A stretch of 63,973 nt of DNA, counting the filler, from an uncultured bacterium (GTDB lineage: Bacteria; Hinthialibacterota; Hinthialibacteria; Hinthialibacterales; Hinthialibacteraceae): assembly GCA_964449065.1 (NCBI GenBank). It is 4 parts of 4 records of this genome, joined end to end, with 100 filler letters (N's around TTAATTAATTAA, not from the genome) between each part and the next. Parts side by side here need not be neighbours in the genome. Positions count along the whole stretch, not along the records: positions 36,200 to 54,035 come from CAYVAZ010000070.1; positions 54,136 to 63,973 come from CAYVAZ010000192.1; 2 more parts are not named here. The stretch is one strand, 5' to 3'. Shown piece after piece: positions 48,782 through 58,975 of this stretch. A program made the translations under genes and the position numbers. Position 1 is the stretch's first letter, and every line of letters starts with the position of its first letter. The notes under the pieces are model-generated. The model saw only the letters and a program-made list of their open reading frames with translations, did not search any database and was not told where the DNA came from.

Positions 48782-49801
48782 CTACTCCATCTCTTGCAAT
48801 TCCAAATCCAGCAGTGTCCCCACTTCCCGAACAGGGTTATAGCACTGATCCACGTTTTCGTAACCCATTTCCGCCGACGGATCGACATACCAACGGCAGG
48901 TTTTGGCAACAACCTCCGGCTGATTTTGTATGTCCAGCAAGGCATCCCGAATCTTATCTTTGAAGGATTGCGGCAGCTCCTTGCGCACAGCAAAGGGTGT
49001 GCTGGGGATTGGGTCGGACTGCGCAATCATCACCAATTCCCCCTCTGGTGCCGCCTCATATAACGCGTCCAGTTCTTCTTGAGTTCGTTTTACACGGGTT
49101 TTTCCGTCGGGATATCCGGTAAAGTCAATCATATTTTCCGCTTTTAAGCGGTACAGGTTATCTTCCAACGTTGCGCACGCGTCCACTTTCCCGTTCGCGA
49201 CCGCCATCACGGCCGAAGCGTGATTCCCCGCGAAAATCCAATCCAAATCTTCATCGGGGTGGATACCGTTTTTTATCATGACCGCTTTGGGGAAAAGATG
49301 TCCCGATGCAGAAGCGGGATCAACAAACGCAAAGCTCTTGCCTTTTAAATCAGCAAGGGTCCGAATCCCAGACCCCTTCTTTGTGACGATCATGCTGAAA
49401 TATTGCGGTTTCCGTTCCGGATCATACTCACAAGGAGTGTTGGGTATATACACTCCCATCGCCAAAGCCTCTGCGTTGGCTTCCTGCACGCCAAGTACAT
49501 ACGCGAACGGCCCAAGCGCAAAGCCATGAATCCGTTTGGCGCGCAACGCCTCAATTACAGCCGAATAACTGGTTGCGGTATATTCTTTCACCGGAATGCC
49601 CAACCGCTCTTGTAAATAGTCCTTCATCGACTCTCGTTGCACCGAGACTTCATCCAAATCGTTCCCCGCAAAGTAGCCAAGCCGTAATTCTGCGGGTTCG
49701 CCATTGGCCTCCAACTCATATTCATTGCCGGAACATCCCCATACGAGAAAAACCGCACAAATTGATAGCACAATTGGTAGACTCTTTTTATCTAGCATCA
49801 A
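48782..49801 (-). CDS. phnD: Phosphonate ABC transporter substrate-binding lipoprotein
   Basis: Lipobox VWGC; Y..VIEAL, GPFAYV, F.DPASASGHLFP, G.H. Confidence 0.9.
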   Translation of the reverse strand: MMLDKKSLPIVLSICAVFLVWGCSGNEYELEANGEPAELRLGYFAGNDLDEVSVQRESMKDYLQERLGIPVKEYTATSYSAVIEALRAKRIHGFALGPFAYVLGVQEANAEALAMGVYIPNTPCEYDPERKPQYFSMIVTKKGSGIRTLADLKGKSFAFVDPASASGHLFPKAVMIKNGIHPDEDLDWIFAGNHASAVMAVANGKVDACATLEDNLYRLKAENMIDFTGYPDGKTRVKRTQEELDALYEAAPEGELVMIAQSDPIPSTPFAVRKELPQSFKDKIRDALLDIQNQPEVVAKTCRWYVDPSAEMGYENVDQCYNPVREVGTLLDLELQEME

Positions 49802-50697
49802 ATAATCTTCTTTCTCAGGTAATCACTAAACCGGTCAAGAATGGTGACAGAGATAACCAGTATGATGATTGCACCCAAAAGCTTTTGGTATTGAAACAGG
49901 CCGTAGTATTTATTCAGCAGTAAGCCGACGCCACCCGCGCCTACGATCCCCAAAATCGTGGCCGAACGAACATTGGCCTCAAAGTAGTAAAGTGAGTACG
50001 AAGCCATCAAGGGCAGCGCTTGTGGAATGACCGCGTAAAGAAAGGTCGTAATGCTTCCTGCCCCTGTCGCTTTAATGGCCAATACCTGCTGCGGATCAAT
50101 CGACTCAATCGATTCGGCAAAGATTTTCCCTAACGAACCCACCGAACCGATTGCCAATGCCATCACACCCGCAAACGGCCCCAACCCGACCGCGCTGACA
50201 AACAGCAATCCAAAAATAATATCGGGTATGGCGCGGTTGGCGTTCAGCAAAAAACGGATGGAGTGATAGATGGAGGAGTGAGGCGTGGTATTGCGGGCGG
50301 CAAGCAAGGCAAACGGCAACGCCAGGATCACACCCAAGGTGGTTCCGATAACCGCCATTTGCACGGTTTCGATTATCGACAGTAATACTTCCGGCACTGG
50401 CAAGACGACGGATTCAAAACCAACCGCCGGTATGGTAACCGCAAAAAGCGGCAGTGAAAACGCGGGGATTTGCAATGGAATCCACAACAGATCAAACACA
50501 GGCGGAAACATCCGGTACAAAAACATCGCAATGTCTGGAATGCCTCCGGCTAAATCGGCCGGACTCGCCTCCGTCCCATACAACGACCAAAGAAAAAGCA
50601 CGGCAATCGCAATACTCCAGCCGATGGGTTTGATGCTGAACGGTTTCTCCGGCAAGGAATATTCCCCAGACGGGTTGGGTGTATGTGTAGTCGTCAT
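49798..50697 (-). CDS. phnE: Phosphonate ABC transporter permease
   Basis: R.IPD, G.GPFAG..A, LGK.FAE.IE, E.NVRSATILG.VGAGG.G; likely start MTTTH. Confidence 0.92.
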   Translation of the reverse strand: MTTTHTPNPSGEYSLPEKPFSIKPIGWSIAIAVLFLWSLYGTEASPADLAGGIPDIAMFLYRMFPPVFDLLWIPLQIPAFSLPLFAVTIPAVGFESVVLPVPEVLLSIIETVQMAVIGTTLGVILALPFALLAARNTTPHSSIYHSIRFLLNANRAIPDIIFGLLFVSAVGLGPFAGVMALAIGSVGSLGKIFAESIESIDPQQVLAIKATGAGSITTFLYAVIPQALPLMASYSLYYFEANVRSATILGIVGAGGVGLLLNKYYGLFQYQKLLGAIIILVISVTILDRFSDYLRKKII

Positions 50698-50707
50698 CGG
50701 GTTGGCG

Positions 50708-51535
50708 TTAGGATACAACGGCGATAGGTTCTTCATGATGACCTGTGTAACCGGCTTCTGCACCGGGTTTCTTTCCGTGATTTTTTTCGTTTTTGTAAAT
50801 CGCGTTCATGGCCGATTGGGTTAATTCTTCCGGCTTTCCGTCAAAAACTACCGTGCCGTTTGCGATGCCGATAATGCGGTCCGCAATCGCCTTGGCAAAT
50901 TCCACATGATGTAAATTAATCAAAGTCAGCACATTGTCTTCGCGCGCAAGTTGCTCCAAATCACGAATTACGATCCAGGCCAATTCCGGATCCAGGCAGC
51001 AAACCGGTTCGTCCGCCAGCAGAAGCTTGGGCTGCTGGCTTAAAGCCCTTGCGATTGCGACCCGCTGTTTTTCGCCGCCGGACAATTCATCCGCCCGGTG
51101 ATAAGCACGGTGCAGCAAATGGACACGTTCCAGATTGTATAAGGCGATGTCGCGGTCTACAGAAGAAAAGAAACCGGTCGCGCTTGCGTAAAACGAACTG
51201 AATCCCAAACGCCCGGCCAGCACATTCTTCAGCGCGGACATGCGTTCGACTAGATTGTGTTCCTGCCAAATAAAACCAATGCGTTTGCGCAATTGGCGCA
51301 AATGATATTCTGACAATTCGCGAATGTTTTGCCCTTCAAAGAGAATGGAACCTTCTTGAAAATGCTGCAATCCATTGATGCAGCGCAATAGTGTCGATTT
51401 GCCTGAACCCGAACGTCCGATAATCGCAATGATTTCGCCCGGCCCGGTATCGAAACGGATGGATTCGACTGCGACAGTTCCATTGGGATATATTACTTTT
51501 AGATTGTTGACTTGTAACACAGGTGTAGATTTCAT
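50708..51535 (-). CDS. phnC: Phosphonate ABC transporter ATP-binding protein
   Basis: GRSGSGKSTLLRCINGL, NVL.GR, LSGGEKQRVAIARAL, LADEP, INLH. Confidence 0.92.
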   Translation of the reverse strand: MKSTPVLQVNNLKVIYPNGTVAVESIRFDTGPGEIIAIIGRSGSGKSTLLRCINGLQHFQEGSILFEGQNIRELSEYHLRQLRKRIGFIWQEHNLVERMSALKNVLAGRLGFSSFYASATGFFSSVDRDIALYNLERVHLLHRAYHRADELSGGEKQRVAIARALSQQPKLLLADEPVCCLDPELAWIVIRDLEQLAREDNVLTLINLHHVEFAKAIADRIIGIANGTVVFDGKPEELTQSAMNAIYKNEKNHGKKPGAEAGYTGHHEEPIAVVS

Positions 51536-51599
51536 GACATTCCCAAACGTCTTTATAGTGTTTTGATAAATGCACTATGAAGGAAAAATGTTTGTATTT

Positions 51600-51630
51600 C
51601 ATTAAGGTCTTATTAACTTGCTTTTAAATG
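51600..51630 (-). promoter_or_regulatory. Candidate Pho-box-like tandem repeats upstream of phnC
   Basis: TTAA at 51602, 51613 and 51624 (exact 11-bp period), ~65-95 bp before the phnC start. Confidence 0.45.
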
Positions 51631-51856
51631 TGAATTGGCACGGAAGTGGTACAGAGTCAATTCTTTGTTAGCAGGCTTATTTATCTATTCCTTTTTTTGC
51701 GGTTCCTGCAATGTTTGTACCAGTCATATTGAAAGATTTTGATGAACAAACATTATACGGATTCAAATAAATTCTGTGTGATTCCTCCATAAAAGGGGAG
51801 CATCGGCTTCCAACCAGTACCGCGCACAGCACTTTATTTCATCGAAGCGGTATTAT

Positions 51857-52129
51857 TTGACTGACGCAGCCATCATACTACCACACCAAATGGTCGAGGA
51901 TGGCGCTCTTCTAATCGAGAATGAGATTGTCTCCGCCATCAATCCCTCCAGTGGAAATCAGGCGAATCCAATTGACATGCAAGGCCAATTGGTTATGCCG
52001 GGGATGATCGATCCGCGTTCGGATACCATCGAAAAAGATCTCGAGCCTCGCCCTAAGGTAAAGTCCCCAATTGAATCAACCCTGCTGCAAACCGACCGCC
52101 GTTTTGGTTGGAATTACCGTGGACAATGA
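51857..52129 (+). pseudogene. phnM: Remnant of a second phnM (N-terminal ~85 codons only)
   Basis: A.I.LP...EDG...IE, MPGMIDPRSD.IE....PRP, DRR align with the intact PhnM N-terminus; metal-ligand His is lost and the frame ends. Confidence 0.75.
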
Positions 52130-52203
52130 CCGCCCCCAAATAACGCAAACCTGGTGCGGCGGAAAGCAGGTGGCGGTGTTTGATTATCTATCGTAATAGT
52201 GCA

Positions 52204-53520
52204 TTACGCAGGCTGTTCTTCCACTTCCAGCACAGGTTCCTCTGATTTCTGCAAGAAGTACATCAAGGCCATCCCTTGCAGCACGGTCGCAACCACGGCC
52301 AATACGTATGTAAAGCCTATCAAAAAGCGCTTCCAATCGACCTCGGCAACGGCAACCAAATTTTGATACATTTGAATACTAACCGAGCCGGTATATCCAA
52401 ACGCATCCGCCATATAAATGGCAAACACAGCGGTCCCCACAAAATGCGTGGAAGCAATTGTGCGATCAAATAAAATCGAACCGTAAGGCACATAAGCCAG
52501 ATACGCACCAAAGCCGATCAGAATCATCCACCAAATTCCGTCAATATAGTCGGCCTGAAACAGAAGTGTGCTTATTCCCATAAGCATGGTGCCAAATACC
52601 ATAATCCCGTATAACGCGATTAATCCTCTGCGGTTGTCATGTATACAGGAAAGTGCCGAATACACCACCATAATGCCAAATGCGATGGGAAGTTCGGTTC
52701 GGGTAAAAATGGCGGGAGTCTCTCCGTATCCCAAAGTAGTAAACACTTCAATCCCGTATACATCCCGAATATCCCGGTAAGCAGTGATAAAGAAATAAGC
52801 CACCAACAGCATTACAATGCCCGGCAAATAAGTTATAAAAAATTTCCAACGTTGTTGAGCGTCCATCGGTTGGCGTTTGACCCGCTCGTCTTCATCAATT
52901 TCGGTGGGATTGGGGGTTTGATTCAACAACCAAACCGAGAGGAAAAAGAGAGGAAGAAAAACCAACCCCGTCATAAACGGCATCCAAAATTCGGTGACAT
53001 TGTATGAACTCATCAACCAGCGTCCAACATCTTTCACAACACCGCTGGATACGATATAAGAACAACTCAAACCGGCCAGCAGAATTTCCGATAGGGTTCT
53101 GCCTTCTAAATACAAGACCGCGATTCCCCAGACCATCCCCAACGGAAGACCGGTGAAAAAGATGGCGAATATTTTAAAGTTTGTGGGCAAAACGGCAAAC
53201 AAGAACAACGCGGCTTCCGCAATGAGAATGAGAAGAACTAGAGTGAACGCCCGTTGATTCCGTTTAATTTCAGAACAAACCTTAATGCCGATATACTTCG
53301 AGAGGGTATACCCAATAATTTGGCTGATGACCAACACGGTCTTGTAATCGAACGGGCCGATCATGCCAATATCCGTATATTCCGCGGCCGTAAACGGTTT
53401 GCGGAACGCGTACATACAAAAATAAGTCGTAAACGCGCAAGTCATCACATAAAAACTGAAGACCGAAGCGGAAGAACGATCCAGCCAGCATGTAATTGGG
53501 CTTTGTTTGGTTTCGCTCAT
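52204..53520 (-). CDS. DUF5690 family MFS-like membrane protein
   Basis: YFCMYAFRKPF, GY.LSK..GIK, GLPLGMVWG..YLEGR, D.FGY.GS; ~12 TMs. Confidence 0.8.
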   Translation of the reverse strand: MSETKQSPITCWLDRSSASVFSFYVMTCAFTTYFCMYAFRKPFTAAEYTDIGMIGPFDYKTVLVISQIIGYTLSKYIGIKVCSEIKRNQRAFTLVLLILIAEAALFLFAVLPTNFKIFAIFFTGLPLGMVWGIAVLYLEGRTLSEILLAGLSCSYIVSSGVVKDVGRWLMSSYNVTEFWMPFMTGLVFLPLFFLSVWLLNQTPNPTEIDEDERVKRQPMDAQQRWKFFITYLPGIVMLLVAYFFITAYRDIRDVYGIEVFTTLGYGETPAIFTRTELPIAFGIMVVYSALSCIHDNRRGLIALYGIMVFGTMLMGISTLLFQADYIDGIWWMILIGFGAYLAYVPYGSILFDRTIASTHFVGTAVFAIYMADAFGYTGSVSIQMYQNLVAVAEVDWKRFLIGFTYVLAVVATVLQGMALMYFLQKSEEPVLEVEEQPA

Positions 53521-53632
53521 TGGAATCCTTTTGTGATACCCTAATTAAGTTGTGAAAATTTGCTTAATACTATAGGCAACCGCGGATCACGCAATCGAAA
53601 CAAATCCGCTTTAATCAAAAACTAATATTTCG

Positions 53633-53823
53633 GTAAATAGGTCAGCCGTTTGAAGAGAGATTTCCCCTCCCAAGCCTGGGAGGGGTTAGGGGAGGGTTGA
53701 TTCGATTTTTTGAGAAAATGCCTTAACCCCCACCTAACCTCCCTCATTGCATTGGGGGAGGAAAAAGTAAATCAAAAAAGTAAATCAAACCCATTTTTCC
53801 ACTTCATACCGCTGACCTGTTAC
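53633..53823. mobile_element. MITE-like element with ~20-bp terminal inverted repeats enclosing a REP doublet
   Basis: taggtcagccgtttgaag ... cttcataccgctgacctgt; internal cctaacctccctcattgcattgggggagg also at 62880-62912. Confidence 0.65.
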
Positions 53824-54035
53824 AATGTCTTTTAATCCCCTGGTTTTGCTCTGTATACGATGAAGAACAGCAGGCAATGTTTTTGACCAAAGGTTTCTGT
53901 GATACCATTTTCAAAATAGAAAAGTTCACGATGAATGACGGAACGGAAAATAGTATTCAGAATGGGCCATCTTGCCTGCAAAAGCCTTTGTCTCCCCCCC
54001 CAAAGCCTTTGGGGGAGATGTCCGACGCAAGGAGG

Positions 54036-54135
54036 NNNNNNNNNNNNNNNNNNNNNNNNNNNNNNNNNNNNNNNNNNNNTTAATTAATTAANNNNNNNNN
54101 NNNNNNNNNNNNNNNNNNNNNNNNNNNNNNNNNNN
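54036..54135. other. Artificial contig-joining spacer
   Basis: N44-TTAATTAATTAA-N44. Confidence 0.97.
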
Positions 54136-54308
54136 ACGATTAGAAAAATGGGCATATCATAATGTAGTGCGTAACGTGAGTTAATAAAATGTAAGAAGAA
54201 AGAAATGATTCATTCTGTTAAACCAATTATGGATAGGTTGAGGAATGAGGGTGGGTTTTGGATTAAAGAAAATCTGTATGAAGAAGTTTTAGAAATTGTA
54301 AACGAAAA

Positions 54309-54578
54309 ATGAACATCGATTGCACCGTCCAAATCTGGAAGGAAGATAAACAATATATTTCACTGGCTATGCCATTAGATGTAGCGAGTTGCGGCGATAC
54401 ACCAGAAGAAGCCAGAGCGGCAGTGGATGAAGCCGTGGATTTATTTTTAGTGACAACCAAAGAAATCGGTACTCTTGAAGAAGTATTACAAGAGTGTGGC
54501 TACCGCTTTATAAACGGTGAATGGAAATGTCCTGAATACATGCCGTCTGAGCAACATTCCATTGAGGTTGCCATATAA
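54309..54578 (+). CDS. hicB: HicB family antitoxin
   Basis: E...Y....PLDVASCGDT.EEA...V.EAV.LF. Confidence 0.85.
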   Translation: MNIDCTVQIWKEDKQYISLAMPLDVASCGDTPEEARAAVDEAVDLFLVTTKEIGTLEEVLQECGYRFINGEWKCPEYMPSEQHSIEVAI

Positions 54579-54580
54579 GA

Positions 54581-54811
54581 ATGTCAAATTTTAAACCCGT
54601 TCATTGGAAGACATTAGAGAAGTTTTTCCTCCAAAACGGATTTGAATTTTCGAGACAATCAGGAAGCCATCGATCCTATAAAAAAGTTGGAGTGAGTCGA
54701 GCAATTGTGTTTCCCGCGATAAAGGAAGTTCCGATTTCGATTATCTTAAAGAATTTGTAAACGGCGGATATTACCAAGGAAGAATATTTAGACCAGATTG
54801 AAAAACTATGA
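54581..54811 (+). pseudogene. hicA: HicA family toxin with premature stop
   Basis: MSNFKPV..K.L...GF...RQSGSH...; in-frame TAA at 54758-54760, then TADITKEEYLDQIEKL to TGA 54811. Confidence 0.8.
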
Positions 54812-56622
54812 ATAAAGACAAATTGAAAACACTAATTAGGCAAGCGAAAGAATTCGGGGTCTCGGACCGGCAGATGGCTCATTTGTGGGGGCTGACGGAG
54901 CTGCAAGTGCGCCGTGCGCGCAAGGAGATGGGCATCGAGCCCGTTTACAAAACCGTCGATACCTGCGCGGCCGAGTTTGAAGCGTACACGCCCTATCATT
55001 ATTCGGCCTACGAGCAGGAAACCGAGATCCGCGATACCGATAAAGAGAAAATCGTGATCCTGGGCGGCGGTCCCAACCGCATCGGGCAGGGGATTGAGTT
55101 TGACTATTGCTGTGTCCATGCGGTTTTCGCATTGCAGGAGCTTGGCTATGAGACCATCATGGTCAATTCAAATCCGGAAACGGTCTCGACCGATTACGAT
55201 ACCGCTGACCGCCTGTATTTTGAACCGCTCACCTTTGAAGATGTGATGAACATCATCGAAGTGGAACAACCCAAAGGGATTATTGTTCAGTTCGGCGGAC
55301 AGACTCCGTTGAAATTGGCGGTACCGCTGGAAGAGGCGGGCGTCACTATTTTGGGGACATCGCCCGACAGCATCGATTTGGCGGAAGACCGCAAACGCTT
55401 TGGCGCGATGATCGATAAATTGGGCATTCATCAACCGCCGAATGGAACGGCTGTTAGTTTTGATGAAGCGAAGAAAATCGCGAAAGAGATTACTTACCCC
55501 GTATTGGTTCGTCCTTCCTATGTGTTGGGCGGGCGCGCGATGGAAATTGTATACGATGAAAAGAGCCTGGAAGATTACATGACCAAAGCGGTGCAGGCAT
55601 CTCCGGAAAAGCCGATTTTGGTGGATAAATATTTGGAAGGCGCGATTGAAGTGGATGTGGATGCCATCGCGGATGAGACGCATGTCTACGTCGCCGGGAT
55701 TATGGAGCACATCGAGTTTGCCGGCGTGCATTCGGGCGACAGCGCCTGTATGCTGCCGCCGCGGACGCTGCTGCAATCGACCGTTGATTTGATTTGCGAA
55801 CATACCAAAAACCTGGCGCATGAGTTAAAAGTTCAAGGATTGATGAACATTCAATTCGCGGTGGCGCGGGATAACGGCGAAGAAAAAATCTATATGCTGG
55901 AAGTGAACCCGCGGGCGTCACGGACGGTGCCGTTTGTCAGCAAGGCGACCGGTGTGCCGTTGGCGAAGATTGCCGCGAAGGTGATGTCCGGCGTGGAACT
56001 GAAATCGTTCGGGTTGCCGGACCGGTTCACGATTGATCATATCGCGATTAAGGAAGCAGTACTGCCGTTTCTCAAGTTCCCGGGTGTGGATATATTGCTG
56101 GGGCCGGAAATGCGTTCGACCGGGGAGGTGATGGGGATCGACGATGATTTCGGTAAAGCCTATGCCAAAGCGCAGGCCGCGGCGGATATGAGTTTGCCGC
56201 TGCCCAACCCGCCGAAGGACTGCAACAAGATCATGATTAGTGTGAATGACCGCGATAAAGAAGCGGTCATCGACGTGGCGCGTCAATTAAACGAACTTGG
56301 GTTTAAACTGGTTGCCACGGGTGGAACACAGAAGGTGATACAAGACAACGGCATCCCCTGCGAGCGTGTGTATAAAGTGAACGAAGACCGCCCCAACACC
56401 GTGGATGAAATGATCAACGGCGGATACGCGCTGGTTATTAACACGCCGATGGACCGCAGTTCGGCGCAGGATGAACGCGCGCTGCGGCGCACCGCGTTGG
56501 AATATAAAATCCCCTACATTACCACCATCTCGGCCGCCCAGGCCGCCGTGCAGGCCATCGCCGCCAACTTGATTGGCGATAACCTAACCGTGAAGCCGCT
56601 GCAGGATTATTTTCCGGGGTGA
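54808..56622 (+). CDS. carB: Carbamoyl-phosphate synthase large subunit, C-terminal part only
   Basis: AK..G.SDRQ.A, PVYKTVDTCAAEF, GGGPNRIGQGIEFDY, GVHSGDS, EVNPRASRT, MGS domain; 604 aa versus ~1070 for full-length CarB. Confidence 0.93.
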   Translation: MNKDKLKTLIRQAKEFGVSDRQMAHLWGLTELQVRRARKEMGIEPVYKTVDTCAAEFEAYTPYHYSAYEQETEIRDTDKEKIVILGGGPNRIGQGIEFDYCCVHAVFALQELGYETIMVNSNPETVSTDYDTADRLYFEPLTFEDVMNIIEVEQPKGIIVQFGGQTPLKLAVPLEEAGVTILGTSPDSIDLAEDRKRFGAMIDKLGIHQPPNGTAVSFDEAKKIAKEITYPVLVRPSYVLGGRAMEIVYDEKSLEDYMTKAVQASPEKPILVDKYLEGAIEVDVDAIADETHVYVAGIMEHIEFAGVHSGDSACMLPPRTLLQSTVDLICEHTKNLAHELKVQGLMNIQFAVARDNGEEKIYMLEVNPRASRTVPFVSKATGVPLAKIAAKVMSGVELKSFGLPDRFTIDHIAIKEAVLPFLKFPGVDILLGPEMRSTGEVMGIDDDFGKAYAKAQAAADMSLPLPNPPKDCNKIMISVNDRDKEAVIDVARQLNELGFKLVATGGTQKVIQDNGIPCERVYKVNEDRPNTVDEMINGGYALVINTPMDRSSAQDERALRRTALEYKIPYITTISAAQAAVQAIAANLIGDNLTVKPLQDYFPG

Positions 56623-56704
56623 TGGATAAATAACAAAATATTCTATTGATTGCAGGGTTTGTCCATGTTATAATATGCAACAAAAAATTATTTGAGAGTG
56701 AAAA

Positions 56705-58013
56705 ATGACTGCGGAAGTAGTTATAATGAATAAATCAGCAGTTGCACTTACAGCAGATTGTGCTGTGACTATAACCAGTGAATTAAACCAAAAAATTTAT
56801 AATACTGCAAACAAACTATTTACATTGTCAAAATATCACCCCGTTGGAATAATGGTGTACGCTAATGCAGATTTAGTAGATGTAGCTATCGAAACTTTAA
56901 TTAAGATATATAGAGAAAAATTAGGCAATAAAAACTACTCAACTCTAAATGAGTTTGCTCAAAATTTCATTTCTTTTTTAAAGAATTCGAAAAGTAAATA
57001 TGTAAATGAGGAAAGTCAATTAAACTACTTTAAATCCATAATATTTATACAATTTAAGGAATTATTTGAAGAAATCGAAAATGAAATAGAGCAAGTAGCC
57101 CAAAAAAAATAAGGGGGAAATCAAGTTAACAGAAATAAAGGAAATAATTGCGAAACATGTTGATAAACAAAATAAAATACTGAATCAATTTGATGACTTG
57201 AGTGATATTCCACAAAATTTTCGTACTACATTCAAATCTAAATTCAAAGCATATATTGACGATTTTATATGTGATATCTTTAAAAAATTACCGTTATACA
57301 AGAAAACGAAAGAAAAACTTTATAATATATCATTAAATATTTTAATTAAGGATACTTTTGATTCACCTTTGCCAAAAATTGGTATTGTTATAACCGGATT
57401 TGGTGAAAATGAAATTTATCCATAATTGGTAAATTTTGAGATAAGATCAATTTTTAATAACACATTAGTGTATAAAACTAATCCAGTTGTTAGTATCACA
57501 AATAAATGTAACTCTGCCATAGTTCCTTTTGCTCAAAGAGAGATGGTTGATTCTTTTATAAGTGGAGTATCCAATGAGTATAATGAAATAATTGGTAATA
57601 GTCTTCGAGAATTAGTAAAGCAATATACCAAGATAATTTTAGATAATATTGAAGAAATTGACGAAAAAGATAAACCCGAATACACTAAAAGTATAAACAA
57701 TGATGTAGACAATATTTTAAAAGGGATTTTTGATAGAGTTAACGATTTTAGAAGATCACATTATGTTAACCCTATACTTGATGCTGTGAATGTTTTGCCA
57801 AAAGATGAATTGGCGGCTATGGCTGAAAATTTGGTGAATCTTACTTCATTTAAAAGGAAAATTTCTATGGAAGCCGAAACTGTAGGGGGGGCTATAGATG
57901 TAGCAGTTATTTCTAAAGGTGATGGTTTCGTCTGGATAAACAGAAAACATTATTTTGATATCAAAAAAAATCCCCATTTTGTAAATAACTATTTTAATAA
58001 AAGAGGAGAATGA
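56705..58013 (+). pseudogene. Low-GC Ntn-hydrolase/proteasome-beta-like gene broken by a frameshift and a nonsense codon
   Basis: M-T1...ALTAD17...NKLF N-terminus; removing one A from A8 at 57102-57109 joins fragments 1 and 2; TAA 57423-57425 is in frame between fragments 2 and 3; ETVGGAIDVAVISKGDG C-terminus. Confidence 0.75.
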
Positions 58014-58514
58014 AATGGGTACACAAAAGGATAAAAAATACACGATCAAAGAATTTAAAGAAACTTTCTTACCAGAAGATTCTAAATCAAAAGAAAAAAG
58101 CAACGTTTTTTTAAATTAGGATTAGAAATAGCAGAAAATTTGATAAAGACACAGAAAATTACATCTTATATTGAATAACGATTAACATAAATTCATCTAC
58201 CTTTCCACTACTTTGAATTTTCCAAATTAGATAGGGCAACAAAATACATATAGTAATTTGAATAACATTCACTTTGACTCCATTTCCTATCTGTTATAGA
58301 ATACAAACGATGCCCAGAAGCTTTGCCAGTCGGCTAAGGATTCTTCTTCCTCAAGTATGGAGGAGGCACAGAGGGGGATTGAGATAAACGCAATCACTTA
58401 ATTTATCATATAAAACACTTGGAATATTATAAAGTCAATGGCATTACTCCCGGCATGGATGTGATGTGAATCACATCCATGAGTTTGGCATCGCATTAAT
58501 CATTGGTTTTATAA

Positions 58515-58882
58515 TACTTGGTTGCAATAAGAATGTTGGTTCAAATCGAGGAAGCAGAGATGGTCAAGGTGGATTACGTTGATTCTGAATCCCCCCTACC
58601 CCCCTTAATAAGGGTGGGCAACAGCGGGGTGCAAACCGGGTGCTTCTGGCTCGGCGGGAGCCTCGCCCTCCAAAAACCTGGCTCGGCGGGAGTTTCGCGT
58701 TCCCAGGCCTCGCTTGCGCGAGTGGTGGGCTAACGGACAAAAGCAGAATGAGTTGGTTCAGGCATACACACGTTTTGATATAAAGCGTAATCATTGTTAT
58801 AAGAGTGTTGATCCCACCCTACCGTTTCATTATCCTGTATGGTTGCATGAACGGTCACTCACTTTTTATATGCAGCTTGGTA
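58515..58882 (+). mobile_element. Element of the ~145-bp family carrying a nested REP insertion
   Basis: Ends match the 60613-60758 copy; extra 58580-58808 segment contains GGCTCGGCGGGAG REPs. Confidence 0.7.
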
Positions 58883-58975
58883 TGGTCCGAATGGAAATCA
58901 CAATTTCCGAGAAAGCATCCTTGAACAATGGATGAGTTCGCGACAGCAACTCATCCATGCTGACTTTATAGATGC

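Noticed and set aside
54758..57425. Stop-codon reassignment to explain in-frame TAA in hicA and the Ntn gene
   Set aside because: TAA terminates many bona fide genes here (proS, ileS, ribF, phnJ), so these are simple nonsense mutations or errors.
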